Notes: generated from the sequence alone by a model not told the origin. Positions 41,179 through 51,148 are shown, counted from the stretch's first letter. The stretch is DNA of 64,000 nucleotides from an uncultured Candidatus Rokubacteria bacterium (GCA_963762145.1 CAVXJS010000019.1:192001-256000); one strand, 5' to 3'. Translations and numbers: made by a program.

Positions 41179-44100
41179 GGCCGGCCGGCCTCGCGCGCGA
41201 GGAGTGCCACCGGGAAGTGGGCGAACAGCGCGGGTACCGGGAGCACCGTGACGCCATCGTACCGCTCGGTGGCCACCGTGAGCCCCGAGAAGCGGTCGCG
41301 GTAGACGCCGGCGAGGTCGTCGGCGAGAGCGACCCACGTGTGCTCCCACGCGGGCTCGCCGACCGGGAAGCGGCCGGTGAGGCCGGCGAGGCGAGCGGTC
41401 AGGCGCGGCACCGCGGCGATCACCGCGTCGGGTCCGTCCACCCGCGCCAGCGCCACCACGTGATCGGCGTGGCGGCCGCCGGGGGCGAGCCCGCGGTACT
41501 GGCCCGCGGCGAAGAGCCGGCCCCGCTGCCGCCGCAGGGTGAGAGCGCGGTGGGTCAGGAAGAGCTTCACCCGACCGTCCGGCCAGTGCTCGAGCAGCTC
41601 CGCACAGAGGGCGGTCAGGTCGGGGGCCTCCGCGCCTTCTCCGGGAACGCGGGCGCGCAGGGCGTCGAGGAGCGCCACGCGGTGGGCGAAGTCCACCGGC
41701 CGGCGGTTGTCGGGATCCACGAGGGACAGCTCCCAGAGCTCGGTGCCCTGGTAGAGATCGGGAATTCCCGGGGACACGATCTTGAGCAGGGTCTGCGCGA
41801 GCGAGTTGACCGCCCCGTGCGCGGCGATCAGGCGCTGGAACGGCCGGAAGGCGGAGAGAAAGGCCCCGCCCGGCGCGAGCAGGCCGGTCACGAACCCGCG
41901 GGTCGCCGCGTCGTAGGCGGCGCTCGGGTTCACCCAGCTCGTGTGCCGCTTGGCCTCCTTGGTGGCCTTCTCCATGTAGGCGGCCAGGCGGTCGGTCAGC
42001 GTCTCGATCGGCTCGTCGGTGTCCCGGGCGGGCCAGGCGCCCACCAGGGTCTGGTAGAACAGGTACTCGTCGTTGGCGTCGGGCGCGGCGCGGCCGTCCA
42101 CGTCCACCTTGAAGCGGCGGGCGAGGGCCCGCCAGCGCCGGACCTCGGCGGCCCAGGCGGCGGGGACCTCGGAGAGCACGTTGATGCGCGCGCGCACGTC
42201 CTCGCCCCGCTTGGTGTCGTGGGTCGCGGTGGCGACGAGGGACTCCGGCCACCGGTCCAGACGCGCCGCGTTCTTGTCGTGGAAGACGGCGGGCGATTCG
42301 CCGTAGCGCGCGGGATCTCCGCCGACCTCGTTGAGCGAGACGAGGCGGTTGTAGACGTAGAACGCGGTGTCCTCGACGCCCTTGGCGGTGATCGGCCCGG
42401 TCGTCTGCTGGAAGCGCATCGCGAAGTGCCGGCGGGCGGCCAGGTCGCCGGGATCCGGGCGGGCCGGGTTCCGCACCAGGAGGACGTCGCGAAGGAAGTC
42501 GAAGATCGAGACGTTCACGGTGGGGTTGCGGCGCTTGGCCTCCGCGACCGCTTCCTCGATGTACGCCCGGTCGCGGGCGCTCGGGTCCCGCCCGTCGTCG
42601 CCCACGTAGGTGCGGTAGACCGAGAATGCGGCCACCACCTCGCGGATCACGCGGACCAGGCTGTAGAGGGTGAAGTCGCGCGAGAGGCGATCGCGCTCGG
42701 ACATGGAATCCAGGTGATGGCCGAGCTGGTTGATCTCGCTCGCCATCGAGACCTGCATGATGAGGCGCTTGGCGGCGTAGGTGTGATCGGCGAGCAGCCC
42801 GCCCGCCCCGGCGAGCCGCGTGTACAGCGAGGTCATCTGCCGGGACGTTCCGCGGTCCACGAAGAGCCCGTTCACCGAGGCCAGGAAGTCGTAGCCGGTG
42901 GTGCCGGCAACCGCCCACCAGTCGGGCAGGGGCTCGCCCGGACTCAGGATCTTCTCCGCTGCGATCCAGAGCGGCCGGGCCTCCGCGGCGGCCGGCTGCT
43001 CCAGGGCGCGGGCGCGGTAGAGCGCGCCGAGCGCCTCCGCCTCCGCGGGGCCCAGCTCGGGCACGAGGCGTCGCGCGGTCGCCACCAGCGCGCCTTCCTG
43101 GAGGCGGCGGAAGTACTCGCCCGGCGCGTAGAGCCCGTCCGGATGGTCCACCCGCAGCGCGGTCACCTTGCCCTCGCCCACCAGCCGCACCACGAGCTCG
43201 TGGGCCGCGTCGAACACGACGCGCTCCTCCATGCGGATGGCGGCCAGGTGGCTCACGTCGAAGAACCGGCGGTAGTTCACCTCGTCGCCCGCCACGCGCC
43301 AGTCCGCGAGCCGGTAGGTCTGGGCCGAGAGCAGGCGGTCGAGCGCGTCGAAGCTCGCCGGGTTCCCCGCGACGCCGTTCACCGCGCGCACCGTCTCCTC
43401 GATGTGCTCGCGGATCTCGGCCGACTCCTTCGCGAGGGCGGCGAGGCGCCGCTTGGCGATCTCCTTCTCGCGGAGCCGCTCCTCGAGGCGCGCGGGATCG
43501 GTCTCGGTACGCCCGGGCAGGTGCTCGAGCGCGGTCAGGATGCTGCGCAGCTCGAGCAGCCCCGTGTCTTCCGGGCCCAGGCGGCCCGCGAGGACGGGCA
43601 GGCGCTCGGTCAGGATCTGCGCGTAGGTGTCGGGGGCGATGGGCAGGCGCGCGCCGGCGTAGCGGAGGTGGAAGGCACCGTCCGCGAACTCGAGCTGGAG
43701 CTGCTGCGACTCCAGCACGCGGCCGTACTGGTCGGGCAGGACGGGCAGGAGCACGCGATCGCGCAGCTCGGGCTTGAACGGTGTCCAGTCGATGTCGAAG
43801 AACCCGGCGCGGGGCGAAGCCCGGCCGTTCTCCAGGACGTCCAGCCACCAGGGATTGGCGTCCCCTGCGATGCCCATGTGATTGGGCACCACGTCGAGGA
43901 TGAGGCCGAGGCCGCGCGCGGCCAGCGCGGCGGCCATGTGATCGAAGGCGGCCGCGCCGCCGATCTCGGGGTTGAACGCGTTGTGATCGGTGACGTCGTA
44001 GCCGTGCGAGCTGCCGGGCCCGCAGCGGAAGCAGGGAGAGAGGTAGGCGTCGCTCACGCCGAGCGCGTCGAGGTACGGGCCGAGCGACGCCACCGCGTCG

Positions 44101-44198
44101 AAGCCGTGCGCGCTTCCGAGCTGCAGGCGATACGTGGCATGACGCTCGCGGCGCAGCGCGGCAGCCGCCTGCTGGAAGAGGACGCCGACCTCGATCAT
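41175..44198 (-). CDS. treY: Malto-oligosyltrehalose synthase
   Basis: ATYRLQL, SSHGYDV, DVVPNHM, NYRRFFD, RVDHPDGL, KGVEDTAFY, THDTKRGED, SLVDPDNRRPVDF. Confidence 0.95.
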   Translation of the reverse strand: MIEVGVLFQQAAAALRRERHATYRLQLGSAHGFDAVASLGPYLDALGVSDAYLSPCFRCGPGSSHGYDVTDHNAFNPEIGGAAAFDHMAAALAARGLGLILDVVPNHMGIAGDANPWWLDVLENGRASPRAGFFDIDWTPFKPELRDRVLLPVLPDQYGRVLESQQLQLEFADGAFHLRYAGARLPIAPDTYAQILTERLPVLAGRLGPEDTGLLELRSILTALEHLPGRTETDPARLEERLREKEIAKRRLAALAKESAEIREHIEETVRAVNGVAGNPASFDALDRLLSAQTYRLADWRVAGDEVNYRRFFDVSHLAAIRMEERVVFDAAHELVVRLVGEGKVTALRVDHPDGLYAPGEYFRRLQEGALVATARRLVPELGPAEAEALGALYRARALEQPAAAEARPLWIAAEKILSPGEPLPDWWAVAGTTGYDFLASVNGLFVDRGTSRQMTSLYTRLAGAGGLLADHTYAAKRLIMQVSMASEINQLGHHLDSMSERDRLSRDFTLYSLVRVIREVVAAFSVYRTYVGDDGRDPSARDRAYIEEAVAEAKRRNPTVNVSIFDFLRDVLLVRNPARPDPGDLAARRHFAMRFQQTTGPITAKGVEDTAFYVYNRLVSLNEVGGDPARYGESPAVFHDKNAARLDRWPESLVATATHDTKRGEDVRARINVLSEVPAAWAAEVRRWRALARRFKVDVDGRAAPDANDEYLFYQTLVGAWPARDTDEPIETLTDRLAAYMEKATKEAKRHTSWVNPSAAYDAATRGFVTGLLAPGGAFLSAFRPFQRLIAAHGAVNSLAQTLLKIVSPGIPDLYQGTELWELSLVDPDNRRPVDFAHRVALLDALRARVPGEGAEAPDLTALCAELLEHWPDGRVKLFLTHRALTLRRQRGRLFAAGQYRGLAPGGRHADHVVALARVDGPDAVIAAVPRLTARLAGLTGRFPVGEPAWEHTWVALADDLAGVYRDRFSGLTVATERYDGVTVLPVPALFAHFPVALLAREAGRP

Positions 44199-44201
44199 GC
44201 G

Positions 44202-44906
44202 CTAGAGGTGGGTCAAGGTCTCCCGCGGATGCGGCTCGCGGTTGCGCAGGTGTCGCTCGAGGATCTGGCGCGCCAGCGCGCGCCCGCCGAGGCCGAAGGC
44301 CAGGGCCAGGGCGAAGATCAGGCCCCCGAAGGTGATGCCGAAGGCCACCAGCACCATCTCCTTGCCGATCCCCAGGTGGGTGATCGCGGTGGCGCTCGCG
44401 AAGAGCAGCACGCCCCAGCGGATCGCGCGCGCGAGCAGGCGCGCCTCCGGCACGCGCGCGTTGACCGCCGCGATGAGGGCGCCCTCGCCCAGGAAGTTGG
44501 CCACGAGCCAGCCCACGAGCAGGATCAGCGCCGCGCCCATCACGCGCGGCACCCACGCGAACATGAACTCGGTGAGGCGCCCGGTGCCCGGAATCGCGAG
44601 CGCGTCGATGGCCATGGACAGGAAGAGGACGAGGATGCTCCAGAAGACGACGAGTGCCAGCACTTGCGACGGCGGCCGGCGCACGCCGGCGCGGCTGAGC
44701 TGCGAGACGATGCCCCAGCTCTCGGCGCGTCGGTCGAAGGCCACCGCCTGCGACACGCGCCGGGTGAGGCGCGCGGCGATCCAGGCCCCCGCGAGGCCGA
44801 CGACCGCCAGGGTCAGCATCGCGAGGATGCCCGGCATCACGAGGACCAGCCTCGTCTTCAGATCCGCGAGTGCGGCCCACACGAGATCACCCCACATGTC
44901 CGTCAT
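44202..44906 (-). CDS. CmpX/MscS-associated TM-helix repeat membrane protein
   Basis: P.ILA.L repeats, LVVFWSIL, ALALAFGLGGRALA. Confidence 0.75.
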   Translation of the reverse strand: MTDMWGDLVWAALADLKTRLVLVMPGILAMLTLAVVGLAGAWIAARLTRRVSQAVAFDRRAESWGIVSQLSRAGVRRPPSQVLALVVFWSILVLFLSMAIDALAIPGTGRLTEFMFAWVPRVMGAALILLVGWLVANFLGEGALIAAVNARVPEARLLARAIRWGVLLFASATAITHLGIGKEMVLVAFGITFGGLIFALALAFGLGGRALARQILERHLRNREPHPRETLTHL

Positions 44907-45134
44907 GTTCCGCGCCTCCTTCCGTCCGTTTCGGTGCGGGAATGTCCCACGGTATCACGCGTGGAAGGTCGCAGAAAGGCTGCCCGCTGGGAGTATCACG
45001 CCGACGAGTCGGTGTTACCGCCCTCGGTAACGTTTACCGGTCCTTCGCGCGACGCGGGCCGGCCGCGGCGCGGCCCGCCGCGTGGGTCCGCGGCTTTTCG
45101 AGCGCTTGGCGGCGCCGCCGACCGGGACGCCGCG

Positions 45135-45150
45135 TGGCACAAGGCTTGCC
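45135..45150 (+). promoter_or_regulatory. Sigma54 -24/-12 promoter
   Basis: TGGCACAAGGCTTGCC upstream of the PsiE-family gene. Confidence 0.75.
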
Positions 45151-45200
45151 GATGTTCCGAGCGTCATGAGGATCGCCCTGCGTGCCGCCAGGAGGTGTCG

Positions 45201-45689
45201 ATGAGTCCGGCGGGCCGCGCCCGGCTGCCTCTGCGCGAGCGGATCGCGCAGAGCTTCACCCAGGTCGAGGACGTGCTCTACGTGGGGATCGGCGTGATGC
45301 TGGCGGCCGGCGCCATCGGGCTCCTGATCAGCGCGGGAGCGACGTTCGCGCGCAGCGTGGTGGTCGGGGCGATCGGAGGCAGCATCGTGGGACTGCTCGA
45401 CCAGCTCCTGCTGATCCTGATGATGATCGAGATCCTCTACACGGTGCAGGTGTCGTTCCGGGAGCACGTGCTGGTGCCGGAGCCCTTCGTGCTGGTGGCG
45501 ATGATCGCGGCGGTGCGGCGGATCCTGGTGCTCACCGCGGAGTTCGGCAAGCTGATGGAGCAGGGCGACCAGGTCTTTCGCAACGCGATGATCGAGCTCG
45601 GGGTGCTCACCGTGATGACCGGGGTCATGGTGGCCTGCCTGGTGGGCCTGCGAAAGCGCGACAAGGCGGTGGTGGCCGAGCGGGCCTGA
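45201..45689 (+). CDS. PsiE-family membrane protein
   Basis: LLILMMIEILYTV, EPFVLVAMIAAVRRIL; AGGAGG RBS. Confidence 0.8.
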   Translation: MSPAGRARLPLRERIAQSFTQVEDVLYVGIGVMLAAGAIGLLISAGATFARSVVVGAIGGSIVGLLDQLLLILMMIEILYTVQVSFREHVLVPEPFVLVAMIAAVRRILVLTAEFGKLMEQGDQVFRNAMIELGVLTVMTGVMVACLVGLRKRDKAVVAERA

Positions 45690-45713
45690 GATGTCTCACG
45701 CGAGGAGCGGGAC

Positions 45714-46163
45714 ATGAAGATCCAGCAGATCGACGAGGTGGACGGACGGCGCACGTTCGTGATGGTTTGCGACCGGGGCGACGACCCCGTGGAGGCTCTG
45801 ACCGCGGCGGCGAAGCGCTTCGACCTCTCCGCCGCCTCGCTCACCGGGATCGGAGCTTTCTCCGGGGTCACGCTCGGCTTCTTTGATCGGGGCCGGCGGG
45901 ACTATGCCCGCCGGGTCATCCGGGAGCAGGTCGAGGTGGTCTCCCTGCTCGGCAATGTCGCCCTCGATGGCGGCGAGCCCCGGGTGCACGTCCACGTGGC
46001 GGTGGCCCGATACGACGGGAGCGCGCTTGGCGGCCACCTCCTGGGCGGGACGGTGGATCCCACCCTGGAGGTCATCATTCTCGAGTCGCCCAGAATCCTC
46101 CGGCGAAAGACAGACCAAACGACGGGTCTGGCGCTCCTCGATCTCGATTGGAGCCGGTCCTAA
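45714..46163 (+). CDS. PPC/DUF296 domain protein
   Basis: GIGAFS, EVVSLLGNV, HVHVAV, GGHLL, PTLEV. Confidence 0.88.
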   Translation: MKIQQIDEVDGRRTFVMVCDRGDDPVEALTAAAKRFDLSAASLTGIGAFSGVTLGFFDRGRRDYARRVIREQVEVVSLLGNVALDGGEPRVHVHVAVARYDGSALGGHLLGGTVDPTLEVIILESPRILRRKTDQTTGLALLDLDWSRS

Positions 46164-46306
46164 TTACACGGTAATATCTTCCTGTCACTCAGAGGATGAG
46201 GGGCAAATTACGCTCCAGTGAACTTTTATCTTCGCCATCGTAACTAACAGTAAAGATGTAATAGAAGTCTATTTTTCCCACCTGGGTCCTTCAGCCTGTT
46301 TTTGAG

Positions 46307-46322
46307 GGGCATATGGCTTGCA
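46307..46322 (+). promoter_or_regulatory. Sigma54 -24/-12 promoter of the bEBP gene, within an AT-rich region
   Basis: GGGCATATGGCTTGCA, GG-N10-GC. Confidence 0.6.
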
Positions 46323-46386
46323 GCCATGGGGCGACTACTCAAATTCGTCACGTGAACCCTCGCGCGCTAGCCGAAAGGGGCTGACC

Positions 46387-47757
46387 ATGAAGCATCGGAT
46401 CCTGATCGCAGATGACGACGAGTCCGGCCGCGGCGGTCTGGCCGCCTTGCTGACCATGTGGGGGTACGACGTGCAGGAAGCGGTGGACGGCAAGGATGCG
46501 CTGGAGCGCGCACCGACGTTCCGGCCCCACGTCGTGGTTGCCGACATGGTCATGCCGGTGATCGACGGGATCGGGTTGCTCAAGCCCCTCGCCGCGACGG
46601 TCCCGGAGGCCGCCGTCATCCTGCTCACCGCCCACGGGTCCATCGAGACCGCGGTGTCGGCCATGAGGGAGGGCGCCTACGACTACATGACCAAGCCGGT
46701 GGACCCACGCCGGCTCCGGGTTCTCGTGGAGAAGGCGGTCGAGAAGGTCCAGGTCAACCGCGAGGTCACCGTGCTTCGCCGCCAGCTCAAGGAGACCCGA
46801 GGGCTCGGTCCCCTGCTGGGCGTGAGTCCCGCGATGCAGGAGGTTTATCGGCTGATCGAGATGGCGGCCCCGAGCCCGGCGCCGGTGCTGATCCTGGGCG
46901 AGACCGGGACCGGCAAGGAGCTGGCTGCACGCACCATTCACGAGCTCTCGAACCGGGCGAAGGGGCCCTTCGTGGCGGTGAACTGCTCGGCGATTCCGGA
47001 GACGCTCCTCGAGAGCGAGCTGTTCGGCCACGAGAAGGGGGCCTTCACCGGCGCGATGGCGCGCCGGCCTGGGTACTTCGAGCTCGCCGATGGCGGGACC
47101 ATCTTCCTCGACGAGATCGCCGAGATGAGCTCGGCCCTGCAGGCCAAGTACCTCCGCGTGCTGCAGGACAGCCAGGTGCGGCGCATCGGCGGCCACGACG
47201 AGGTCTCGGTGGACGTGCGGGTCGTGTGTGCGACCAACAAGGATGTGGTCAAGGCGGTGCAGGAGGGGGCGTTCCGGGAGGACCTCTACTACCGGGTGAA
47301 CGTCCTGACGATCCCGCTGCCGCCGCTGCGCCGGCGGCACGAGGACATCCTGCTCCTCGCCGAAGCCTTCATGGCCGAGTTCAACGACAAGTACGAGCGG
47401 CAGGTGCGCGGGATCGACGAGGCCGCGCTCAAGCTGCTGCGCGAGCATGCCTGGCCTGGCAACGTGCGGGAATTGCGGAACGTCATCGAGCGCGCGGTGG
47501 TCTCGTGCGAGGACGGGATGATCACTGCCGAGGCCCTGCCGATCGCTCCGCTGGGGACCCAGCCCACCGAGCGCGCCAACGTGGTGGTCCTGCCGGTGGG
47601 CACCACCCTCGACGACGGCGAGAAGCAGCTGATCCTGAGGACGCTCCAGTCCGTGAACAACAACAAGACCCGGGCCGCCGAGATCCTTGGAACCACGCCG
47701 AAGACGCTCCACAACAAGGCACGCCGGTGGCGGGAGCTTCAAGCCGAAGAGCGGTAG
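46387..47757 (+). CDS. NtrC/AtoC-family sigma54-dependent response regulator (REC-AAA+-HTH)
   Basis: ILIADDD..ADMVMP, GETGTGKE, ESELFGHEKGAFTGA, FLDEI, WPGNVREL, NKTRAAEILG. Confidence 0.95.
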   Translation: MKHRILIADDDESGRGGLAALLTMWGYDVQEAVDGKDALERAPTFRPHVVVADMVMPVIDGIGLLKPLAATVPEAAVILLTAHGSIETAVSAMREGAYDYMTKPVDPRRLRVLVEKAVEKVQVNREVTVLRRQLKETRGLGPLLGVSPAMQEVYRLIEMAAPSPAPVLILGETGTGKELAARTIHELSNRAKGPFVAVNCSAIPETLLESELFGHEKGAFTGAMARRPGYFELADGGTIFLDEIAEMSSALQAKYLRVLQDSQVRRIGGHDEVSVDVRVVCATNKDVVKAVQEGAFREDLYYRVNVLTIPLPPLRRRHEDILLLAEAFMAEFNDKYERQVRGIDEAALKLLREHAWPGNVRELRNVIERAVVSCEDGMITAEALPIAPLGTQPTERANVVVLPVGTTLDDGEKQLILRTLQSVNNNKTRAAEILGTTPKTLHNKARRWRELQAEER

Positions 47758-47764
47758 GGGACGC

Positions 47765-47805
47765 CACGGGCGGCGGCGAGGCAATCGCCGCCGCCCGTGT
47801 TTTTT
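47765..47805 (+). terminator. Rho-independent terminator
   Basis: 15-bp stem CACGGGCGGCGGCGA / TCGCCGCCGCCCGTG, 5-nt loop, T6 tail. Confidence 0.9.
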
Positions 47806-47855
47806 CTGCTTTTCTTCTGCGGATTTGACCTGAGGAGTAGTCCTGCCCGAAGGAG

Positions 47856-48749
47856 CTAGCGGCGGCGTTCGCCGGCGCGAGGCTGGGCGCCGATCCACAC
47901 CACCCAGGGCCGGCTGGAGGAGGCCTCCTGCCGGATCTCAACCGGATAGCCTTGCTGCTGGATGCTGCTGGCCAGACGACTGGCTGCGTCCCGGTCCGCG
48001 AAGGCGGCCGCAGGGGTCCAGTCGCGGCCGCCCTTCCCGGTATCCACCGCAGGCGCTGTGGGCGCGGCAGGTGTGCGACCCGGCGTGGTATTCAGGACGG
48101 CGGCCTGGGGCTGCCGAGGTGGCTCGGGCGCCCGACTCACACGAGACTCGGGTGCCGGCACGATAGCAGGTCGCGGCTGGACCGGCGGGAGTGAGGGCGC
48201 CGCGGGTGGCGGCCCAGCGGGCGGAAGTGTCGGTCTCGTCGACTCGACGGTGGCCGCCGGGACGTCTGGTGTGCTCGGCGGCGCGCTCGGCACCGGTGAG
48301 GGAGCCGGCTCCGGTACGCTGCGGGACCCGGTGATGTCCCGTGGGTCCGTCGGCCTCGGCGATGGGGCGAGCGGGTCCAGCACGCGGGACGCGGCGAAGG
48401 GGTCGCGAAGCGCCTCGGACATCGACGGGGGTGCCAACTGCGATCCGCTCACGAGCGGGGCAGACGGACCTGGGTCGCTCGCCGTGGCAGCGGTGTCCAG
48501 CACCGCTCCCACCATGTAGCTCAGGCCGAAGAAGATGAGCAGGAACGTGGGGACGAACGTGGCCGCGGCGATCAGGGGCCCGGGCACGGCACCCAGGAGC
48601 TGGAGGCCGCGGGGCTCGTCGACCCCCTCGTCGTCAAGCTCGTCGACCTCGTCTCGCTCCTCGGGAAAGACGTCGTCCTTCGAAATGAGGTCGGACGGCT
48701 CCGGCACCACGTCCTCCTCGATGTCGTCTTCGCGCTCGCGGGCTTTCAT
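47856..48749 (-). CDS. Bitopic membrane protein with acidic N-terminus, Pro-rich linker and SPOR-like C-terminal domain
   Basis: TM IAAATFVPTFLLIFFGLSY; AAAFADRDAASRLASSIQQQGYPVEI..WVVWIG. Confidence 0.65.
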   Translation of the reverse strand: MKAREREDDIEEDVVPEPSDLISKDDVFPEERDEVDELDDEGVDEPRGLQLLGAVPGPLIAAATFVPTFLLIFFGLSYMVGAVLDTAATASDPGPSAPLVSGSQLAPPSMSEALRDPFAASRVLDPLAPSPRPTDPRDITGSRSVPEPAPSPVPSAPPSTPDVPAATVESTRPTLPPAGPPPAAPSLPPVQPRPAIVPAPESRVSRAPEPPRQPQAAVLNTTPGRTPAAPTAPAVDTGKGGRDWTPAAAFADRDAASRLASSIQQQGYPVEIRQEASSSRPWVVWIGAQPRAGERRR

Positions 48750-48774
48750 TCGGAGTCTCACGCTGGCAATCATA

Positions 48775-48790
48775 CGCAAGTGACGTGCCA
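48775..48790 (-). promoter_or_regulatory. Sigma54 -24/-12 promoter
   Basis: TGGCACGTCACTTGCG, identical to 29743-29758. Confidence 0.78.
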
Positions 48791-48910
48791 TGCACGAACG
48801 GAAAGAGTCTCCGGTTCGCGACCGGGATGCCCGCAACGACCGATGGAGGGCGGGTAGGAATTTCCGAGGGGTGTCGAGGAATTTTTTCCACGTCGGAGGA
48901 GTCGACGCGC

Positions 48911-48926
48911 TGGCACGCGGGTTGCG
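48911..48926 (+). promoter_or_regulatory. Sigma54 -24/-12 promoter
   Basis: TGGCACGCGGGTTGCG upstream of the ANTAR gene. Confidence 0.78.
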
Positions 48927-48971
48927 ATGAGCGCGGCGCTCAGGAGGTGCTCAATGCGATCGATCCGTCGG

Positions 48972-49568
48972 ATGTTCCAGAATGGTCCGCCGCGCTGGCG
49001 AGTGGCGATTCTCGAGTCGGATACCTCCTCTCGCGTCGCGCTGCGCGCGGCCGTCGAGGACGCGGGCGGTCTCGTCGCGGTCGAGGCTCCGCTTCGCCTC
49101 GACGCGGTCGTGCTGATGAAGCAGACGCGACCCGACGTCGTGATCATGGCGCCCAGTCTCTCCGGAGCGCGCGAGCCGGCCCTGATGCCGCGCATCACCG
49201 CCGAGCTGGAGTGCCCCGCCGTCCTGTTCACGCGCGACACCGATCAGACCGTGGTCAAGCAGGCCAATCGTGCCGGGATAATGGGCTTCATGCTCAAGCC
49301 GCTGCGTGCGGCGGAGATCGGGCCGACGCTCGACCTCGCCCTGGCGCGGTTCCGCGAGCTACGCCGGCTCCAACAGGCGCGCGCCGAGCGGCCGATCGTG
49401 GATCAGGCGAAGGGCAAGCTGATGAGCGACCGACAGCTCAGCGAGGCGGAGGCGTTTCGGTGGCTGCGGCGCCAGGCCATGGATTCCCGGCAGCGCCTGG
49501 GCGACGTGGCGCGGGAGGTGCTGGCGGGAGAGGCCGCGTTCCAGGCGCTCGCCGAAGGGGCTCGATGA
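48972..49568 (+). CDS. ANTAR-domain antiterminator with pseudo-receiver (AmiR/NasT-like)
   Basis: GFMLKP, ERPIVDQAKGKLM..LSEAEAFRWLRRQAMD; start uncertain (48927 or 48972). Confidence 0.88.
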   Translation: MFQNGPPRWRVAILESDTSSRVALRAAVEDAGGLVAVEAPLRLDAVVLMKQTRPDVVIMAPSLSGAREPALMPRITAELECPAVLFTRDTDQTVVKQANRAGIMGFMLKPLRAAEIGPTLDLALARFRELRRLQQARAERPIVDQAKGKLMSDRQLSEAEAFRWLRRQAMDSRQRLGDVAREVLAGEAAFQALAEGAR

Positions 49569-49720
49569 CGCGCTGCGCGTACTTAGGCCGATTGGGGCCG
49601 GCTGGAAGGCTTTACACGATCGGCCATGAAATTCCTACTCGGTCGGGACGGTTCGTCGTGCGGGCCCCACTTCGATCATATGACTGGGGAACTTGCCGGG
49701 GGGCGGGATCATAATCGAGC

Positions 49721-49736
49721 TGGCATGGGCGATGCT
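49721..49736 (+). promoter_or_regulatory. Sigma54 -24/-12 promoter
   Basis: TGGCATGGGCGATGCT, GG-N10-GC, upstream of the 49765 operon. Confidence 0.6.
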
Positions 49737-49764
49737 ACCTCAGGATCCCACGGAGGTGACAACC

Positions 49765-50103
49765 ATGGAAATCATCGTGGTGGCGACGATGCTGCTCGTG
49801 GTCGTGCTCCTTGGAGTCGCGGTCAAGCTCTACGACCTCAAACGGAAGCGAGAGGATGAGGCGATCGCGGCCCAGGCCAGGATCTCCGATGCCTTGCTGA
49901 TGGACGCGACCCTGGCCGGGTTGCCGCTGACGCCCACCGCGCATCTGCCGCTCTGGAAGGGTTCACCGCTCGTGGTCGAGATCACCGGCCAGGTGCCCCG
50001 ACCCGAGCTTCGCGAAGCGGCGGTGGACGTGGCCAAGCGTGAGATGAATCGTAGCCGGTCCGACTTCCGCATCGAGGACCGGATCGCGGTCCACGCCGCG
50101 TAG
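49765..50103 (+). CDS. Hypothetical membrane-anchored protein (possibly BON-like)
   Basis: GGAGG RBS; N-terminal TM; ISDALL..VEITGQVP..R..A...A..IEDRI. Confidence 0.65.
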   Translation: MEIIVVATMLLVVVLLGVAVKLYDLKRKREDEAIAAQARISDALLMDATLAGLPLTPTAHLPLWKGSPLVVEITGQVPRPELREAAVDVAKREMNRSRSDFRIEDRIAVHAA

Positions 50104-50107
50104 CTGC

Positions 50108-50737
50108 ATGCGCGCAGACCTGCTGCCGCGATACCTGGTTCCGATCGTCCTGGTCGCATTGGCCGTCGGGGCTCCGGCGCCTGCGCGCGCCGGGGCCCCG
50201 ACCGACCAGCTCAAGGCCTCGGTCGACCAGATCATCAAGGTCCTGGAGGATCCGGCGCTCAAGCCGGAGGCCAGGGCCCAGGAGCGACGGGCTGCGATTC
50301 GCAAGGAGGCCGAAGGGGCCTTCGACTTCACCGAGACCGCCAAGAGGGCTCTCGGCCGGCACTGGCAGGCCCTGGCCGAGAAGGACCGGCAGGAGTTCAC
50401 GGCGTTGTTCACCGATCTGATCGAGCGGGCCTACATCTGGAAGATCGAGCGGTATAGCGGCGAGCGGATCGCGTACGCGGGCGAGGCGATGGACGGCGGG
50501 CTCGCCACCGTGCGGACGCGGTTCGTGACCAAGCAGGGGACCGAGGTGCCGGTGGACTACCGGATGCAGCAGCGGGGGGACCGGTGGCTCGTGTACGATG
50601 TCTCCGTCGAGGGCGTGAGCTTGATCAACAACTACCGGACCCAGTTCGACAAGATCATCCAGACCTCCTCGTACGCGGAGCTGGTCCGGAAGATGAAGGC
50701 GGCCGAGTTCGCCCAGCCGGCCTCACCGCGGTCGTGA
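50108..50737 (+). CDS. mlaC: MlaC/Ttg2D phospholipid-binding periplasmic protein
   Basis: FDFTETAKRALGRHW, VPVDYRM, VYDVSVEGVSLINNYRTQF. Confidence 0.88.
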   Translation: MRADLLPRYLVPIVLVALAVGAPAPARAGAPTDQLKASVDQIIKVLEDPALKPEARAQERRAAIRKEAEGAFDFTETAKRALGRHWQALAEKDRQEFTALFTDLIERAYIWKIERYSGERIAYAGEAMDGGLATVRTRFVTKQGTEVPVDYRMQQRGDRWLVYDVSVEGVSLINNYRTQFDKIIQTSSYAELVRKMKAAEFAQPASPRS

Positions 50738-51129
50738 GCCCTCCCGGGTCGCGCACCGGGGCCGGCCGCCTCCTGGCCGCGGCCGTCCTCGTGGCGGGTC
50801 TCGCGGGCGCGTGGGCGGGGGTGGCCCCGGCGGGAGAACGTCGAGCCGGCTCGGTGCTCGCGGTCGATCCGCAGGCGCGTACCCTGATCGTCGATGAGTT
50901 CGGCGCCAACGCCGAGCGGCGTGCCCTGCGGGTGCAGGTGCCGCGCGAGGCGGTGGTGCTGCTCTCGCAGCGAAATCTCGCGGGCCGCGACGTGAAGGAC
51001 AGCTTCAACGAGCGCTCGATCACCCTCGCCGATGTCCGGGTAGGCGACTTCGTCGTCATCGAGCTGACGAGCGACCCCGAGGTGGCGCGGGTGGTGATGG
51101 TCACCTTGCGGAGGGGTGCCGGCTCCTAG
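50734..51129 (+). CDS. Hypothetical secreted protein (OB-fold-like)
   Basis: Signal peptide; GSVLAVDPQARTLIV, LADVRVGDFVVI. Confidence 0.6.
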   Translation: MSPPGSRTGAGRLLAAAVLVAGLAGAWAGVAPAGERRAGSVLAVDPQARTLIVDEFGANAERRALRVQVPREAVVLLSQRNLAGRDVKDSFNERSITLADVRVGDFVVIELTSDPEVARVVMVTLRRGAGS

Positions 51130-51148
51130 TGCGCCGGCAGGCCGCCTG

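Noticed and set aside
41179-44880. 1848-aa ORF suggesting a giant TreZ fusion
   Set aside because: The upstream part is an Arg/Pro-rich alternate frame overlapping treY; TreZ starts at about 41178 or 41142
41217-45200. N-terminal part of the 1490-aa plus-strand ORF
   Set aside because: Antisense to treY; only 45201-45689 (PsiE family, with RBS) is credible
46164-46310. AT-rich tract as replication origin or foreign DNA
   Set aside because: No DnaA boxes (TTATCCACA) or mobility genes; better explained as the regulatory region of the sigma54 activator
49568-49764. ANTAR twin-hairpin target downstream of the ANTAR gene
   Set aside because: Could not identify convincing paired hexaloop hairpins or a terminator by eye
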